DNA from: Oligoflexales bacterium
GTDB taxonomy: Bacteria > Bdellovibrionota_B > Oligoflexia > Oligoflexales > JAPPIL01
Reading direction: 5' to 3'
NCBI GenBank assembly: GCA_965215515.1
Contig: OZ244057.1
Span: forward strand, 1,215,717-1,279,716
Length of the DNA stretch: 64,000 nt
Part shown: positions 1-8,673 of the stretch, one piece after another
Layout: each line of letters starts with the position of its first letter
Position numbering within the stretch: the first letter of the stretch is position 1
The notes under the pieces: model-generated
Database searches by the model: none
What the model saw: the letters and a program-made list of their open reading frames with translations, nothing else
What the model was told of the DNA's origin: nothing
Made by a program: the position numbers and the translations under genes

Positions 1-340
1 CACCACCGCCAGCAGAAAATTGGCGGCGGGGCCTGCCGCGATGGTCAGGGTACGGCGTGTCTTGGAGGCAAGATGCATTTCCTTCCCGCGGTGGATTTCC
101 GCCACCTCTTCGTGGGGCAATGCCCCTGCGAATTTGACGTAACCACCCAGCGGTAACCACGCTACCTGATAGGTAGTACCCCTATGGTGGTAAGCGCACA
201 GCCGCGGCCCGAAACCGATGGAAAACGTCTCCACCCCGATTCCGCATAGTCTACCGACGATGAAATGACCCAGTTCATGCACAAAAATCAGCACGGCGAT
301 CAAAAAAACAATAGCGAGTAGCGGGTGCGAGAGCAGTTGC
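1..340 (-). CDS. rseP: RseP/S2P zinc metalloprotease (regulated intramembrane protease), N-terminal 113 codons; gene continues beyond the window start
   Basis: Reverse-strand translation from ATG at 340 gives MQLLSHPLLAIVFLIAVLIFVHELGHFIVGRLCGIGVETFSIGFGPRL...IPLGGYVKF. The HExxH motif sits in the first transmembrane helix, as in E. coli RseP. The ORF is absent from the supplied track because it runs off the window edge. Conserved uppS-cdsA-rseP synteny. Confidence 0.8.
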
Positions 341-347
341 ATGTGTT

Positions 348-1196
348 TCAGCTCAGCCAGTCGAGCCACAGCAGCAGTGCGGGGGCGGTGAGCAGTACAC
401 CGTCGACGCAATCGAGCAAGCCACCGTGACCAGGCAAGAGAGAACCAGAATCACTTACCCGTGCGAAACGCTTATAGAGCGATTCGAGCAGATCTCCTGC
501 GGAGGCTAACAACGCACCGCCGATGCCGACGAGGGGATACATGTAGAAGCTAAGTCCCCAGCCGAGGAAGGGGGCGAAAGCGGACACCACTACCGCGCCG
601 CTGCACAGGGCGCACAGCGTGCCTTCAATCGTCTTGCGCGGCGAGACGATTTTCGCCAATGCTCGCTTCCCAAAAGCTTTCCCGCCAAAATAAGCTGCCG
701 CATCCGCTACCCAGACGAGGGTAAGCAACAGCACCAAAGCACTTGGGCGGTGCGGAGCTTGCAACAGTTGCCAGACACATATCCACGGCAAGGCGGCGCA
801 GCAGAAGCTGACCACGATACCGACTAGAGAGCCCATTTTGCGTTCGATACTTCCTCGCACCGCGGCCGCGGGCAGCAGCAGAGCAACGATAGCCATGACG
901 AGCAGCTGCGGGGTAGGGTAGACGGTGAAGACGAGCAAAAAGACGAAGGTGAACAGTGCCAGAAGCAGCGGTAGACCGACCGTCGCACCACGACGGGCAA
1001 TCTCGATGTCCGTTTGGGGGTGACCGATAGCTTGCAGCGGTGGAATAAGCAACATGCCAAGCTCAAAGGCGCAGAGGGCAGCGACTGAGGCCACCAACAG
1101 TGCCAACAACCACACGGGGGCAAAGACAATCGCCACCGCCAGCAGCGGGCAGGCGACGAGGGCGGTGATAATACGAGTGGTAGTCACAGGGCACAC
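348..1196 (-). CDS. cdsA: phosphatidate cytidylyltransferase (CDP-diglyceride synthase)
   Basis: 282-aa polytopic membrane protein with a CdsA C-terminal signature (KRxxxxKDxGxxxPGHGGxLDRxDS-like ...GKRALAKIVSPRKTIEG...SDSGSLLPGHGGLLDCVD). Overlaps uppS by 13 bp. Synteny uppS-cdsA-rseP. Confidence 0.8.
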   Translation of the reverse strand: MCPVTTTRIITALVACPLLAVAIVFAPVWLLALLVASVAALCAFELGMLLIPPLQAIGHPQTDIEIARRGATVGLPLLLALFTFVFLLVFTVYPTPQLLVMAIVALLLPAAAVRGSIERKMGSLVGIVVSFCCAALPWICVWQLLQAPHRPSALVLLLTLVWVADAAAYFGGKAFGKRALAKIVSPRKTIEGTLCALCSGAVVVSAFAPFLGWGLSFYMYPLVGIGGALLASAGDLLESLYKRFARVSDSGSLLPGHGGLLDCVDGVLLTAPALLLWLDWLS

Positions 1197-1921
1197 GCTC
1201 CGCGGGTGGACAAGGAAGGGGCCTGTTCGAGACCGTAACGACGCTCTCGTCGTCGATAGGCATCGATAGCACGCATGAAAGATTCCTCACGAAATTGTGG
1301 CCACATCTCGTCGGTAAAGTAAAATTCCGTGTAGGCCAGCTGCCACAGCAGAAAATTGGAAACTCGCTGTTCCCCGCTGGTTCTAATCAAAAGATCGGGA
1401 TCAGGCAAGCCTGCTGTCTGGAGGTTGTCATCGATCAGCTGCGGGGAGACATCGTGGCTCTGCAGTTCGCCACGTTCGACGCGCTGGGCGATCGTGCGGC
1501 AGGCACGGGCAATTTCGCTGCGGCCGAGGTAGTTTAGGGCGACGTTAAGGGTCATACCGTTGCATTTTTGCAGAAACAAACGGGTCTCGGTAAGCAATTG
1601 TTGCGTGCGCGCGGGCAAGCTGGTGATGTTGCCGATAGTGCGTAGATGCACGTCGTTGCGACGCAACTCGGCACGTTCCTTGACGAGGTAACGGTTGAGC
1701 AGCATCATGATAAAGTCGAGTTCCTCCTGGGAACGCAGAAGGTTATCTTCGCTCAAGGTGAACAGTGTCAGCACCTCGATCCCTAGTTCACCCGCACGAC
1801 GAATGATGGCACGGGCACTTTCCACCCCCACTTGGTGACCACGGTAGCGGGGCGCACCACGCGCCGTCGCCCAGCGACCGTTGCCGTCCATGATGATCGC
1901 TACATGTCGGGGGATTGCCAT
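1184..1921 (-). CDS. uppS: undecaprenyl-diphosphate synthase (cis-prenyltransferase)
   Basis: N-terminus PRHVAIIMDGNGRWA...RGHxxG and downstream RxSGExRxSNFLLWQ motifs are typical of UppS. 245 aa. Confidence 0.9.
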   Translation of the reverse strand: MAIPRHVAIIMDGNGRWATARGAPRYRGHQVGVESARAIIRRAGELGIEVLTLFTLSEDNLLRSQEELDFIMMLLNRYLVKERAELRRNDVHLRTIGNITSLPARTQQLLTETRLFLQKCNGMTLNVALNYLGRSEIARACRTIAQRVERGELQSHDVSPQLIDDNLQTAGLPDPDLLIRTSGEQRVSNFLLWQLAYTEFYFTDEMWPQFREESFMRAIDAYRRRERRYGLEQAPSLSTRGACAL

Positions 1922-2011
1922 TACCTGCCTATTCGGCTGTCGCCTGCTTAGGGCACGACAGACGAGGAAAAAACTGCGACCGAAAAATACGCCGTCGCCC
2001 GTACGCTGACG

Positions 2012-2491
2012 CTACCTCCCTATCTTGCTGGTCGGCGCGGATTGGGTGATTTTATCCTGCAGGGTCAGCAGGGCGGCGAGCACCGCTTCGGGGGTGGGGG
2101 GACAACCCGCGACGTAAACATCGACAGGGATAATACGATCGACCCCCTGCAGAACGTGGTAAGCACGATAAAACCCCCCGCTGGAAGCACAAGCACCCAT
2201 CGCCATCACCCACTTGGGTTCGGCCATCTGGTCGTAGACCCGCTTGATGACAGGGGCCATCTTCTCGGTAATCGTGCCCGCGACGATCAACAGATCGGCC
2301 TGCCGCGGCGAAAACCGCACCGCCTCCGCTCCGAAACGGGCGATGTCGTAACGCGGCCCGACCACCGCCATATACTCGATGCCGCAGCAAGCTGTGCCGA
2401 AAGGATATGGCCACAGGGAGTTCTTGCGCCCCCAGGCAACCAGTTCCTTGAGTTTGGTGGTGAACAGCAGTTCGCCGCCTGCTTTTTTCAT
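2012..2491 (-). CDS. nuoB: NADH-quinone oxidoreductase subunit B-like protein (complex I 20-kDa / [NiFe]-hydrogenase small-subunit family), orphan
   Basis: 159 aa with CCGIEYMAV...[21 protein letters not shown]...[21 protein letters not shown]...[15 protein letters not shown], i.e. the four Fe-S cluster Cys ligands and NuoB-like blocks. No other nuo genes flank it. Confidence 0.75.
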   Translation of the reverse strand: MKKAGGELLFTTKLKELVAWGRKNSLWPYPFGTACCGIEYMAVVGPRYDIARFGAEAVRFSPRQADLLIVAGTITEKMAPVIKRVYDQMAEPKWVMAMGACASSGGFYRAYHVLQGVDRIIPVDVYVAGCPPTPEAVLAALLTLQDKITQSAPTSKIGR

Positions 2492-2606
2492 AACCCCCGA
2501 CCTCCACCCCCATTATCGGCAGCGAAGCACTTTTAAGCAAGTTTTTTCTCCTCGCCACGGCAGCGGTGCCTCGCCAGTATCGTTATTCTCGTATCACGCA
2601 CACACA

Positions 2607-3629
2607 TCACTGCTGGGCACAGGGAATAGTGCCTTTGCGCGTTTGGGCGTAGAAACAGTAGGTGCGCAGACGCGTAACCTTGCCCTCGGAACAGAAAGGG
2701 TTGATAACCTGTCCCTGCATCCATTCCTTATCTTTGTCGGAAGTTTCTTTGTGGTCGATGGCAAAGTATTTCTCATAAGTCCAGCGTTTTCTGTTTTGGT
2801 TGTCCATCCACGTGTCCTCCGTGCCGCTTTTGAACAACCAGCCTTGCCACGCACAGCCGATACCCACACCATCACTCGCTGGGGTCGGCGCAGCACTAAA
2901 CGGATAGATAAGTACATTTTCTCTCTGGCTACCAGCATCCTTCTCTCCCGCAAACCCTGCCTGCAGGTAGGTAACGCGTTCGTTGTCGCAGTAGACGTTG
3001 ATCGCGGTAAAAAGTTCGTTACCTCCATCCGTATCCAGGTATTCGTTGTGGTGCTTGTTCTTTTCAAACAGCCAGCCTTGCCAACCGTGACAAAAAACTC
3101 CCTCCCGCCCCGTCAGGGTGTCGATGCGGTGCGCATAATCTGGTGGTCGATGTTCTCTAAAGCGCCAAGCCATTTGCTGTGGTTTATGCATTCCTTGTCC
3201 AGAACGCATCCACGAGATAGCGATCAAGACCCGATCTTTATCGCAGTACACGTTGGGCATGACCCAGAGTTCTTTCCTGCTGGTGTCGAAGTACTGTTTC
3301 CAGTTTGTCGCCCCAGGATGGTATAACCACCCGCCAGGCGGCAAGGGTTTATCGAACGCCTGGCGCGTCTCGCCTGCATCGAGGCATTCGATACGTCGCT
3401 GGGCGTGCTGGTTTAATCTCTCGACAAAGGACTGTTTGTTAATCTGCGCCCCCTTCATGAAGCCTATAGACCTATCTCCCAAGCGATACTCCGTGTCATG
3501 GCTGGCTTTTATCGCTGCTGCTTTTTCGTGTCGCTGTGCGGGTTGATACCGAGGAAGCAACTGAACGCCATTGCCTGCGATAAACAGAGCGCTGCACAAC
3601 AGTGCGCTGTTGCCTAATTGTCGAAACAT
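2607..3629 (-). CDS. secreted hypothetical protein with three internal ~70-aa W-rich repeats (WQGWLF...VYCDxERV)
   Basis: N-terminal signal peptide (MFRQLGNSALLCSALFIAG). Repeats WLYHPGATNWKQYF...VYCDKDRV / WQGWLFEKNKHHNEY...VYCDNERV / WQGWLFKSGTEDTW... are visible in the translation and as DNA repeats near 2740-2830 and 3000-3090. 13-bp overlap with the next gene. Confidence 0.5.
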   Translation of the reverse strand: MFRQLGNSALLCSALFIAGNGVQLLPRYQPAQRHEKAAAIKASHDTEYRLGDRSIGFMKGAQINKQSFVERLNQHAQRRIECLDAGETRQAFDKPLPPGGWLYHPGATNWKQYFDTSRKELWVMPNVYCDKDRVLIAISWMRSGQGMHKPQQMAWRFREHRPPDYAHRIDTLTGREGVFCHGWQGWLFEKNKHHNEYLDTDGGNELFTAINVYCDNERVTYLQAGFAGEKDAGSQRENVLIYPFSAAPTPASDGVGIGCAWQGWLFKSGTEDTWMDNQNRKRWTYEKYFAIDHKETSDKDKEWMQGQVINPFCSEGKVTRLRTYCFYAQTRKGTIPCAQQ

Positions 3630-4270
3630 GATCCTTCCTTTGCGCGTTGAAAGGCGGCGTTATCGAGCAGTTGCTGACGTTGAAAGACCACGCTCCTGTC
3701 GGGCTCTAACGTCCTTGTCTGGGTATCGGCAAAGATCGTCTTACTGAGCCCATCGGTGAACCGTAACACCAGCTTAACGGTAGCAAGGGCTACTGCCTGC
3801 CTCCCATCGTTAGTAATGTCTATATAGCTCATGCTGTTTCGTTGGCAGCTGTCGGGGTAGGGAATTGAGCGCGGCACGGGGGCGATGATACCGCGCCATG
3901 CCTCTAGAGGTATCGGTTGTGCGCCAGCACTGGTAACGTAATGCTTTTGTCCGTCGCCGAATTCGACGGTGAAGTCTACCGCCTCAGGCTTAGTGTGCAG
4001 CTCGATCGACAACTCGCCTGGATTGATACAGCGGATGGCAAGGCAATCGGAGCCATCCTGACCGTTGATGGCGCGCCGCAGACTCTCGTAGTTATTGCGC
4101 TCCAGTACCATCCTTTTGTTGTGATCCTCTACGCACAGCAGTTCGGTGATCACCGCATCTTTGTTTTCAGGTGCCGCAAGTGCGCAGGGCACATCACCAC
4201 CAGCTGGTGCACTGTTGGCCGCTGACGACAGGAAATGAATACATAAAATGACGCTATTTCTCATCCCCAC
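3614..4270 (-). CDS. secreted hypothetical protein
   Basis: 218-aa ORF with an N-terminal signal peptide (MRNSVILCIHFLSSAANSAPAGG). Co-oriented with and overlapping the downstream repeat-protein gene. No recognisable catalytic motif. Confidence 0.45.
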   Translation of the reverse strand: MGMRNSVILCIHFLSSAANSAPAGGDVPCALAAPENKDAVITELLCVEDHNKRMVLERNNYESLRRAINGQDGSDCLAIRCINPGELSIELHTKPEAVDFTVEFGDGQKHYVTSAGAQPIPLEAWRGIIAPVPRSIPYPDSCQRNSMSYIDITNDGRQAVALATVKLVLRFTDGLSKTIFADTQTRTLEPDRSVVFQRQQLLDNAAFQRAKEGSCFDN

Positions 4271-4286
4271 GCACCCCGCACGGCTC

Positions 4287-4342
4287 TTATCGGCAAACTG
4301 GGCAGACGTTTTAGTAAAAAAAAATGTGGTCGTGCCGATAAG
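4287..4342. promoter_or_regulatory. perfect 10-bp inverted repeat (cttatcggca ... tgccgataag) bracketing an A9 tract in the 84-bp divergent intergenic region; candidate operator
   Basis: cttatcggca at 4287-4296 and its exact reverse complement tgccgataag at 4333-4342. A9 tract at 4317-4325. G6 run at 4345-4350 in the RBS region of the 4355/4361 ORF. Confidence 0.3.
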
Positions 4343-4354
4343 GCGGGGGGAGGT

Positions 4355-6079
4355 GTGGGGATGCGCGGTTGTTTGGGGTGTTATCTGTGGGTGAATGTGC
4401 TGGCTGGCTGTCAGGTGGTACAGTCACAGGGCAAGCGTGCCGAGGCTACCCGCACCTTTGCCGAGTTGAGCCTGCAGGAGAAATATACCTACCTGCGTGC
4501 GGTGCTGAAGGCACAAGAGCAAGCTATTCGTGCAACGCGCATCGCACGGGTGAAAAGCCATCGCGAGCAGTTGACCCATCGGGTTGATTTACAGGCGGTG
4601 ATGATCGACAACGGGGTCGACCGCCCGCAGCTGATTCGCCTGAGCTGGAGTCCTGTGCAGGCGGATAGCATCGAGTTGTTACGCTGCCAAGCAAAAGACA
4701 TCGCCGCAGACAAGACGGTAGCGCCTGACACAACAGTGGTTGCAGCTGGCTATGATTTCGATCATCTGCTAAGTAAGCCTAACGACTACGGGTTTCTGAG
4801 TTGTCGGCGTGTCTACGGGGAAATAAAAAATGGCACGAGCATTGTCGATTACTTGGCAGAGAATGAATTCAGCTACAACTATTTCCTGCGTCCTTGTTTT
4901 AAAAACTATGTCCTTACCGCTCCCGCGACAGATGCCAGTAAAGATGAGGAGTGTGGCGAGGAGAAGATAGTCGCAGCCGAAAACCAACAAAATGACACCG
5001 ACACAGCAGAGCAAACGAAGCTGGTATTCAGATATTGCCCAACCGCGGCGCGGCAAGTGTGCTCGAAAATAGTGAGTAAAGCTAACGGCGACAACAGCCC
5101 TCCGCTCTCTTTCAATCGAGGTATGCCTAGGCTCCCTACCCATTTATCTGCTGAGCTGAAGCGATTAACAGAAAAAATTGACCATCATGAAAATAAAGTG
5201 TGGGAATTGAGCGGTGGGGTGCTTGGAAAAATTTTAAATAATCCCATATCTCAAGACACTGCAAAACATGGGGGAATGCAAGCTGAGCTTAGCGGATTAT
5301 ATGAAGAGCATAAGGATGATATGGTCACACGCATGGACAGAGCTGAAGAGATGCGGGGAAATATTGAAATGTTAGCTGATAATATGCAAGCATCTGTCAA
5401 TAGTTCTATCGATGATTATGTCAGGATAGCCAATCAGCAACAACTGCCAGAGAGCCTCGGACTAGAGTTGTCGTTTGGTAAAAATAATTGCTATGGTGAC
5501 TATAAGGAGGTGAAGGAACAATTCTCGGTGGAGCGTCAGATCGAGCAGGGGCGCGCCGCACGCCGCAGTACATATACCGCGGTAGTAGACTCTGAGGAAA
5601 CAAGGCAGCAGGAAGAGCAGTTAAGGGAAGGGGCAGAAGAGTTAAAGGGATATGAGGATGCTGTAGTGGGTTTGGCGGTGGGCGGATGTCTCGTTAGCTC
5701 CTTGGCTGAAGTTGGTAAGCTGGTAAATTTAAATCCTTTAAAAAAAGGTTTTTTATCCCAAAAAATGCCTGAGGGTTTTAGCAGTCCAGATTGGAATCTA
5801 GCCGCGGTAAATGTTGTTACGAGTTTAATACCTATGGAGAACTCGCAGCTCAATAAACCTGACAGCATCACTGCTTTTGTCGATGCTCTGCATGGCATTT
5901 TTGCTGGGGCTGATACCTACGTCAAAAATCATTGTAAAGCTTGTTTAGATTATATAGCTGAGCTTAGGTATCACACCCGACAAATTCGTTATCTTCAGGA
6001 ACGGCTAGCAACACTGAATGTGGAGATAGACGAGGAACTTAGGAAAAAAGGAGCTATTGATGATCCTCATGCGCCGTGA
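4355..6079 (+). CDS. hypothetical lipoprotein, first gene of a 5-gene coupled operon (coiled-coil rich)
   Basis: 574-aa ORF. Probable start ATG 4361 after a GGGAGG RBS. Lipobox-like LAGC at residues 17-20. Long charged/coiled-coil segments and one internal hydrophobic stretch (AVVGLAVGGCLVSSLAEVG). AT-richer than flanking genes. Confidence 0.55.
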   Translation: MGMRGCLGCYLWVNVLAGCQVVQSQGKRAEATRTFAELSLQEKYTYLRAVLKAQEQAIRATRIARVKSHREQLTHRVDLQAVMIDNGVDRPQLIRLSWSPVQADSIELLRCQAKDIAADKTVAPDTTVVAAGYDFDHLLSKPNDYGFLSCRRVYGEIKNGTSIVDYLAENEFSYNYFLRPCFKNYVLTAPATDASKDEECGEEKIVAAENQQNDTDTAEQTKLVFRYCPTAARQVCSKIVSKANGDNSPPLSFNRGMPRLPTHLSAELKRLTEKIDHHENKVWELSGGVLGKILNNPISQDTAKHGGMQAELSGLYEEHKDDMVTRMDRAEEMRGNIEMLADNMQASVNSSIDDYVRIANQQQLPESLGLELSFGKNNCYGDYKEVKEQFSVERQIEQGRAARRSTYTAVVDSEETRQQEEQLREGAEELKGYEDAVVGLAVGGCLVSSLAEVGKLVNLNPLKKGFLSQKMPEGFSSPDWNLAAVNVVTSLIPMENSQLNKPDSITAFVDALHGIFAGADTYVKNHCKACLDYIAELRYHTRQIRYLQERLATLNVEIDEELRKKGAIDDPHAP

Positions 6080-6088
6080 TGTTTTTTT

Positions 6089-6595
6089 TTGCTATGTCTC
6101 GGCAGTTGTCAAGTGAGTGTCGATGACGCACACAAAGATTCCGCTACCTTGACGGCTATCGAGCAGACAGAATATGAGCGCCATCTCAGTGCCATCAATG
6201 CTTGTTTGCAGAGTGGCGGGGGAAGGGCTATGTCTGGGCAAGATCTCGCCGCGGCACGGCAGGCCTTACGGCGTGAACGACGGCTGCGCGGCGAAGCGGA
6301 AGAGATTCAACCTATCGCTTACGGCAGGATCTGTGCCAACTACACGAGTGGCACACTGGAAAGCGAACAGGTGCGTCGTTGCCGCTACCAGCTAGGTATT
6401 TATCCTATCACCGCGCTAAAATACTGTATCCAAGATGCTAGAGAGAGTGCCGCCATCATAAAAAAGCAGGTGCGGCATGCTTGCCAAAAGGCAAAAGATG
6501 CTGCTGAAAAGCTTTCTGAAAATCTCATAAAGGAACGGCGACTTAAGATGATACCAAATTACCTGCAACTCGAAGGACAAGAGTGTGGAGGATAG
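6089..6595 (+). CDS. hypothetical small lipoprotein (operon gene 2)
   Basis: 168-aa ORF starting TTG inside a T9 tract 10 bp after the upstream stop. LGSC lipobox-like N-terminus. Stop overlaps the start of gene 3 by 13 bp. Confidence 0.4.
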   Translation: MLCLGSCQVSVDDAHKDSATLTAIEQTEYERHLSAINACLQSGGGRAMSGQDLAAARQALRRERRLRGEAEEIQPIAYGRICANYTSGTLESEQVRRCRYQLGIYPITALKYCIQDARESAAIIKKQVRHACQKAKDAAEKLSENLIKERRLKMIPNYLQLEGQECGG

Positions 6596-8673
6596 TGATG
6601 TCGAGGCGACGTGCATTAGTTTTGTTACTGTGGTTGTGTGCCTGTGCTGCGCCTGTCGCACGGGAAGGTCGCCGTGTGCCGCGTGGCTGGACACTCGATA
6701 GCAGTAAACAGGACATAGCTGCTGTTAATGTTAGGGAACAGAAAGCTTTCGGCGAAGGGAAGACAATTAAGGTAGACAATTACAGCAGCGAAAGTCTTAC
6801 TACCGCAGCGACTTTAAGCCCCAACGATGGCAAGGAGCAATTGCGCGCGCTGGTCGCAGCATACAACAAACTGAAATGTAAAGACACCGCCTTAGAAGCT
6901 GCACTCAACGAATATCAAGACTGGCATTGTCTCGCGACACGCCGCATAGTCGAGAAACTAGAGGTGCATGTTTCGACATCCATCGGCGCAATGCGTGCTG
7001 CAGAGCACTGGCCACTTTTCCGCGTGAAGTTAGGCACTTCTGGCCAGAATGATTTTGGCAAAGTGCCCGCGGTCGATGGTGGCACGATCGTTTTTAGAAC
7101 AACTTTCGCGCTAGACGAAGCAGAACCTACCCACGGCTACAACATGCAGGAGGTGGTAAAGCAGATTACTTTTGAGTTGACAAATGCCGCCGCTTTTACC
7201 GCGCTGAAGGAACGTTTCGGAAGAGAGTTTTGTGCCGATGGCAGCTGGTTTAGTGGTTGCGGAGCGGGACAGAGTAAAACGCAGCAAAGAAGCTACTATA
7301 TCGCGACAAATACGGTAATCATCGATCGGGTGGAGGTGTACTTGTATTTTGTCGATGATGAGCGCCCCTACAAGGTATTCGCCTCGGACACTTCGTCGGC
7401 TAAACCGCTAGCTCGTTTAGATCAGATTAACCAGCATTATAGCATCGCTAATTTTAAGAACAATCCGCACTGGCTACTGCACTACCATTCACGAAGATGC
7501 AAGTCGTGGGGCGATAAGAATCACGACGGCTCGGATTTTGGCAAATATGTATGGGATAATTACATTGCGAAAGAAAACCCAAATACCATCGATGTTTACA
7601 CACAACTTACCTGTGCAGGGACGAGCCATATGCCCGTTTACGTCGATCCCGAAATTCCTGCTATAGATAACATAAGTAAAGACGACGCGGTGGCAGCATG
7701 GGTAGAAGAGAACGCCAGCAGTTTCAAGCCCTCTGCCAACCGCCGCGAGCCCGAGTGTCAGATACGCACCGCAAAAGTGATCGTACAAGAAGCCGAAGAT
7801 CAGAACAAGTGCGGTGTTACGGAGGAACAGGAACTGCAAGTGCCTTCTGATCTTGACAGTTGGACGGCGGAACGTTTGAAAAGCAAGGCAGTTGATATGC
7901 AAAAAGCAAACAACGAGCTTGAGATAAGTGCCGAGGGAAAAATTACGGATTTAAATGCTATCACGGGTAACGGTTGTTTTTATGAACAACCGCTGTTAGC
8001 TGGCATACAGGTTGAGATTACGGGGCAGAGGCTGGTCAATGTCGGAGGGCGGCTGATGACGAGGAAGAGAGCCGAAGAATGTATTTTCAAGCGAGGAAGC
8101 CAACTGGGGGAGCCTCGCGACAATCCTCTCTATATTAACTTAGGTCTGCACGAATTATCTTATCCCATCATTATCGCAGACAGTGGCGAGGTGGAAAACG
8201 GCAAGTTTTCCTACACTGGTGAGGGGAAACTGCATATCGGGGAGGGGTATACCGAAAAATTTGCTTTGCGTGATGTTCTCTTTCTCCATCTCGCCAGACA
8301 ACAAAATAGCAGTGTGTTTGTGAAAGAAAGGGTTATCGAAACAACCGATAGAGACGGTTTTTTGTCTAACACCAGTGGGGTAGATTTATTATCTACCTCA
8401 GTCGAGTATGGCGTTGTCGCGGTACATAGCATCGAGCTGATTTTTAATGGCAGCACTATCTATAAAGTCGGCAGTCCCTATACTGATAGTCAGTGGGCAG
8501 GTTTAAATGATGATAGAGGGCGATGTGATTTTAGCACCTCAGATGTGTTAGAGTCGCTGTTTATCTTAACTGACAGCAACAGTGCTTGGAGCGATTATGG
8601 GCTACGCAGCAATGCCGCGTGGGTTAAGTGGCGTGATGAGGTTGATCATTGTGCGGTGAAGGAAACAGAATAG
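6583..8673 (+). CDS. hypothetical large secreted/lipoprotein (operon gene 3)
   Basis: 696-aa ORF. Signal peptide with LCAC lipobox (RRRALVLLLWLCACAAP). Many Trp/Tyr/Cys. No recognisable enzymatic motif. Overlaps both neighbours, consistent with translational coupling. Confidence 0.55.
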   Translation: MWRIVMSRRRALVLLLWLCACAAPVAREGRRVPRGWTLDSSKQDIAAVNVREQKAFGEGKTIKVDNYSSESLTTAATLSPNDGKEQLRALVAAYNKLKCKDTALEAALNEYQDWHCLATRRIVEKLEVHVSTSIGAMRAAEHWPLFRVKLGTSGQNDFGKVPAVDGGTIVFRTTFALDEAEPTHGYNMQEVVKQITFELTNAAAFTALKERFGREFCADGSWFSGCGAGQSKTQQRSYYIATNTVIIDRVEVYLYFVDDERPYKVFASDTSSAKPLARLDQINQHYSIANFKNNPHWLLHYHSRRCKSWGDKNHDGSDFGKYVWDNYIAKENPNTIDVYTQLTCAGTSHMPVYVDPEIPAIDNISKDDAVAAWVEENASSFKPSANRREPECQIRTAKVIVQEAEDQNKCGVTEEQELQVPSDLDSWTAERLKSKAVDMQKANNELEISAEGKITDLNAITGNGCFYEQPLLAGIQVEITGQRLVNVGGRLMTRKRAEECIFKRGSQLGEPRDNPLYINLGLHELSYPIIIADSGEVENGKFSYTGEGKLHIGEGYTEKFALRDVLFLHLARQQNSSVFVKERVIETTDRDGFLSNTSGVDLLSTSVEYGVVAVHSIELIFNGSTIYKVGSPYTDSQWAGLNDDRGRCDFSTSDVLESLFILTDSNSAWSDYGLRSNAAWVKWRDEVDHCAVKETE

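Noticed and set aside
2042-2558. Antisense or overlapping ORFs within well-supported genes (e.g. 2042-2536, 2052-2558, 824-1129, 10262-10843, 18835-19158, 26987-27529, 55670-56199 and many others)
   Set aside because: They lie entirely inside and opposite or out of frame to genes with strong family signatures, lack RBSs, and have the skewed composition typical of GC-rich antisense frames. They are treated as spurious.
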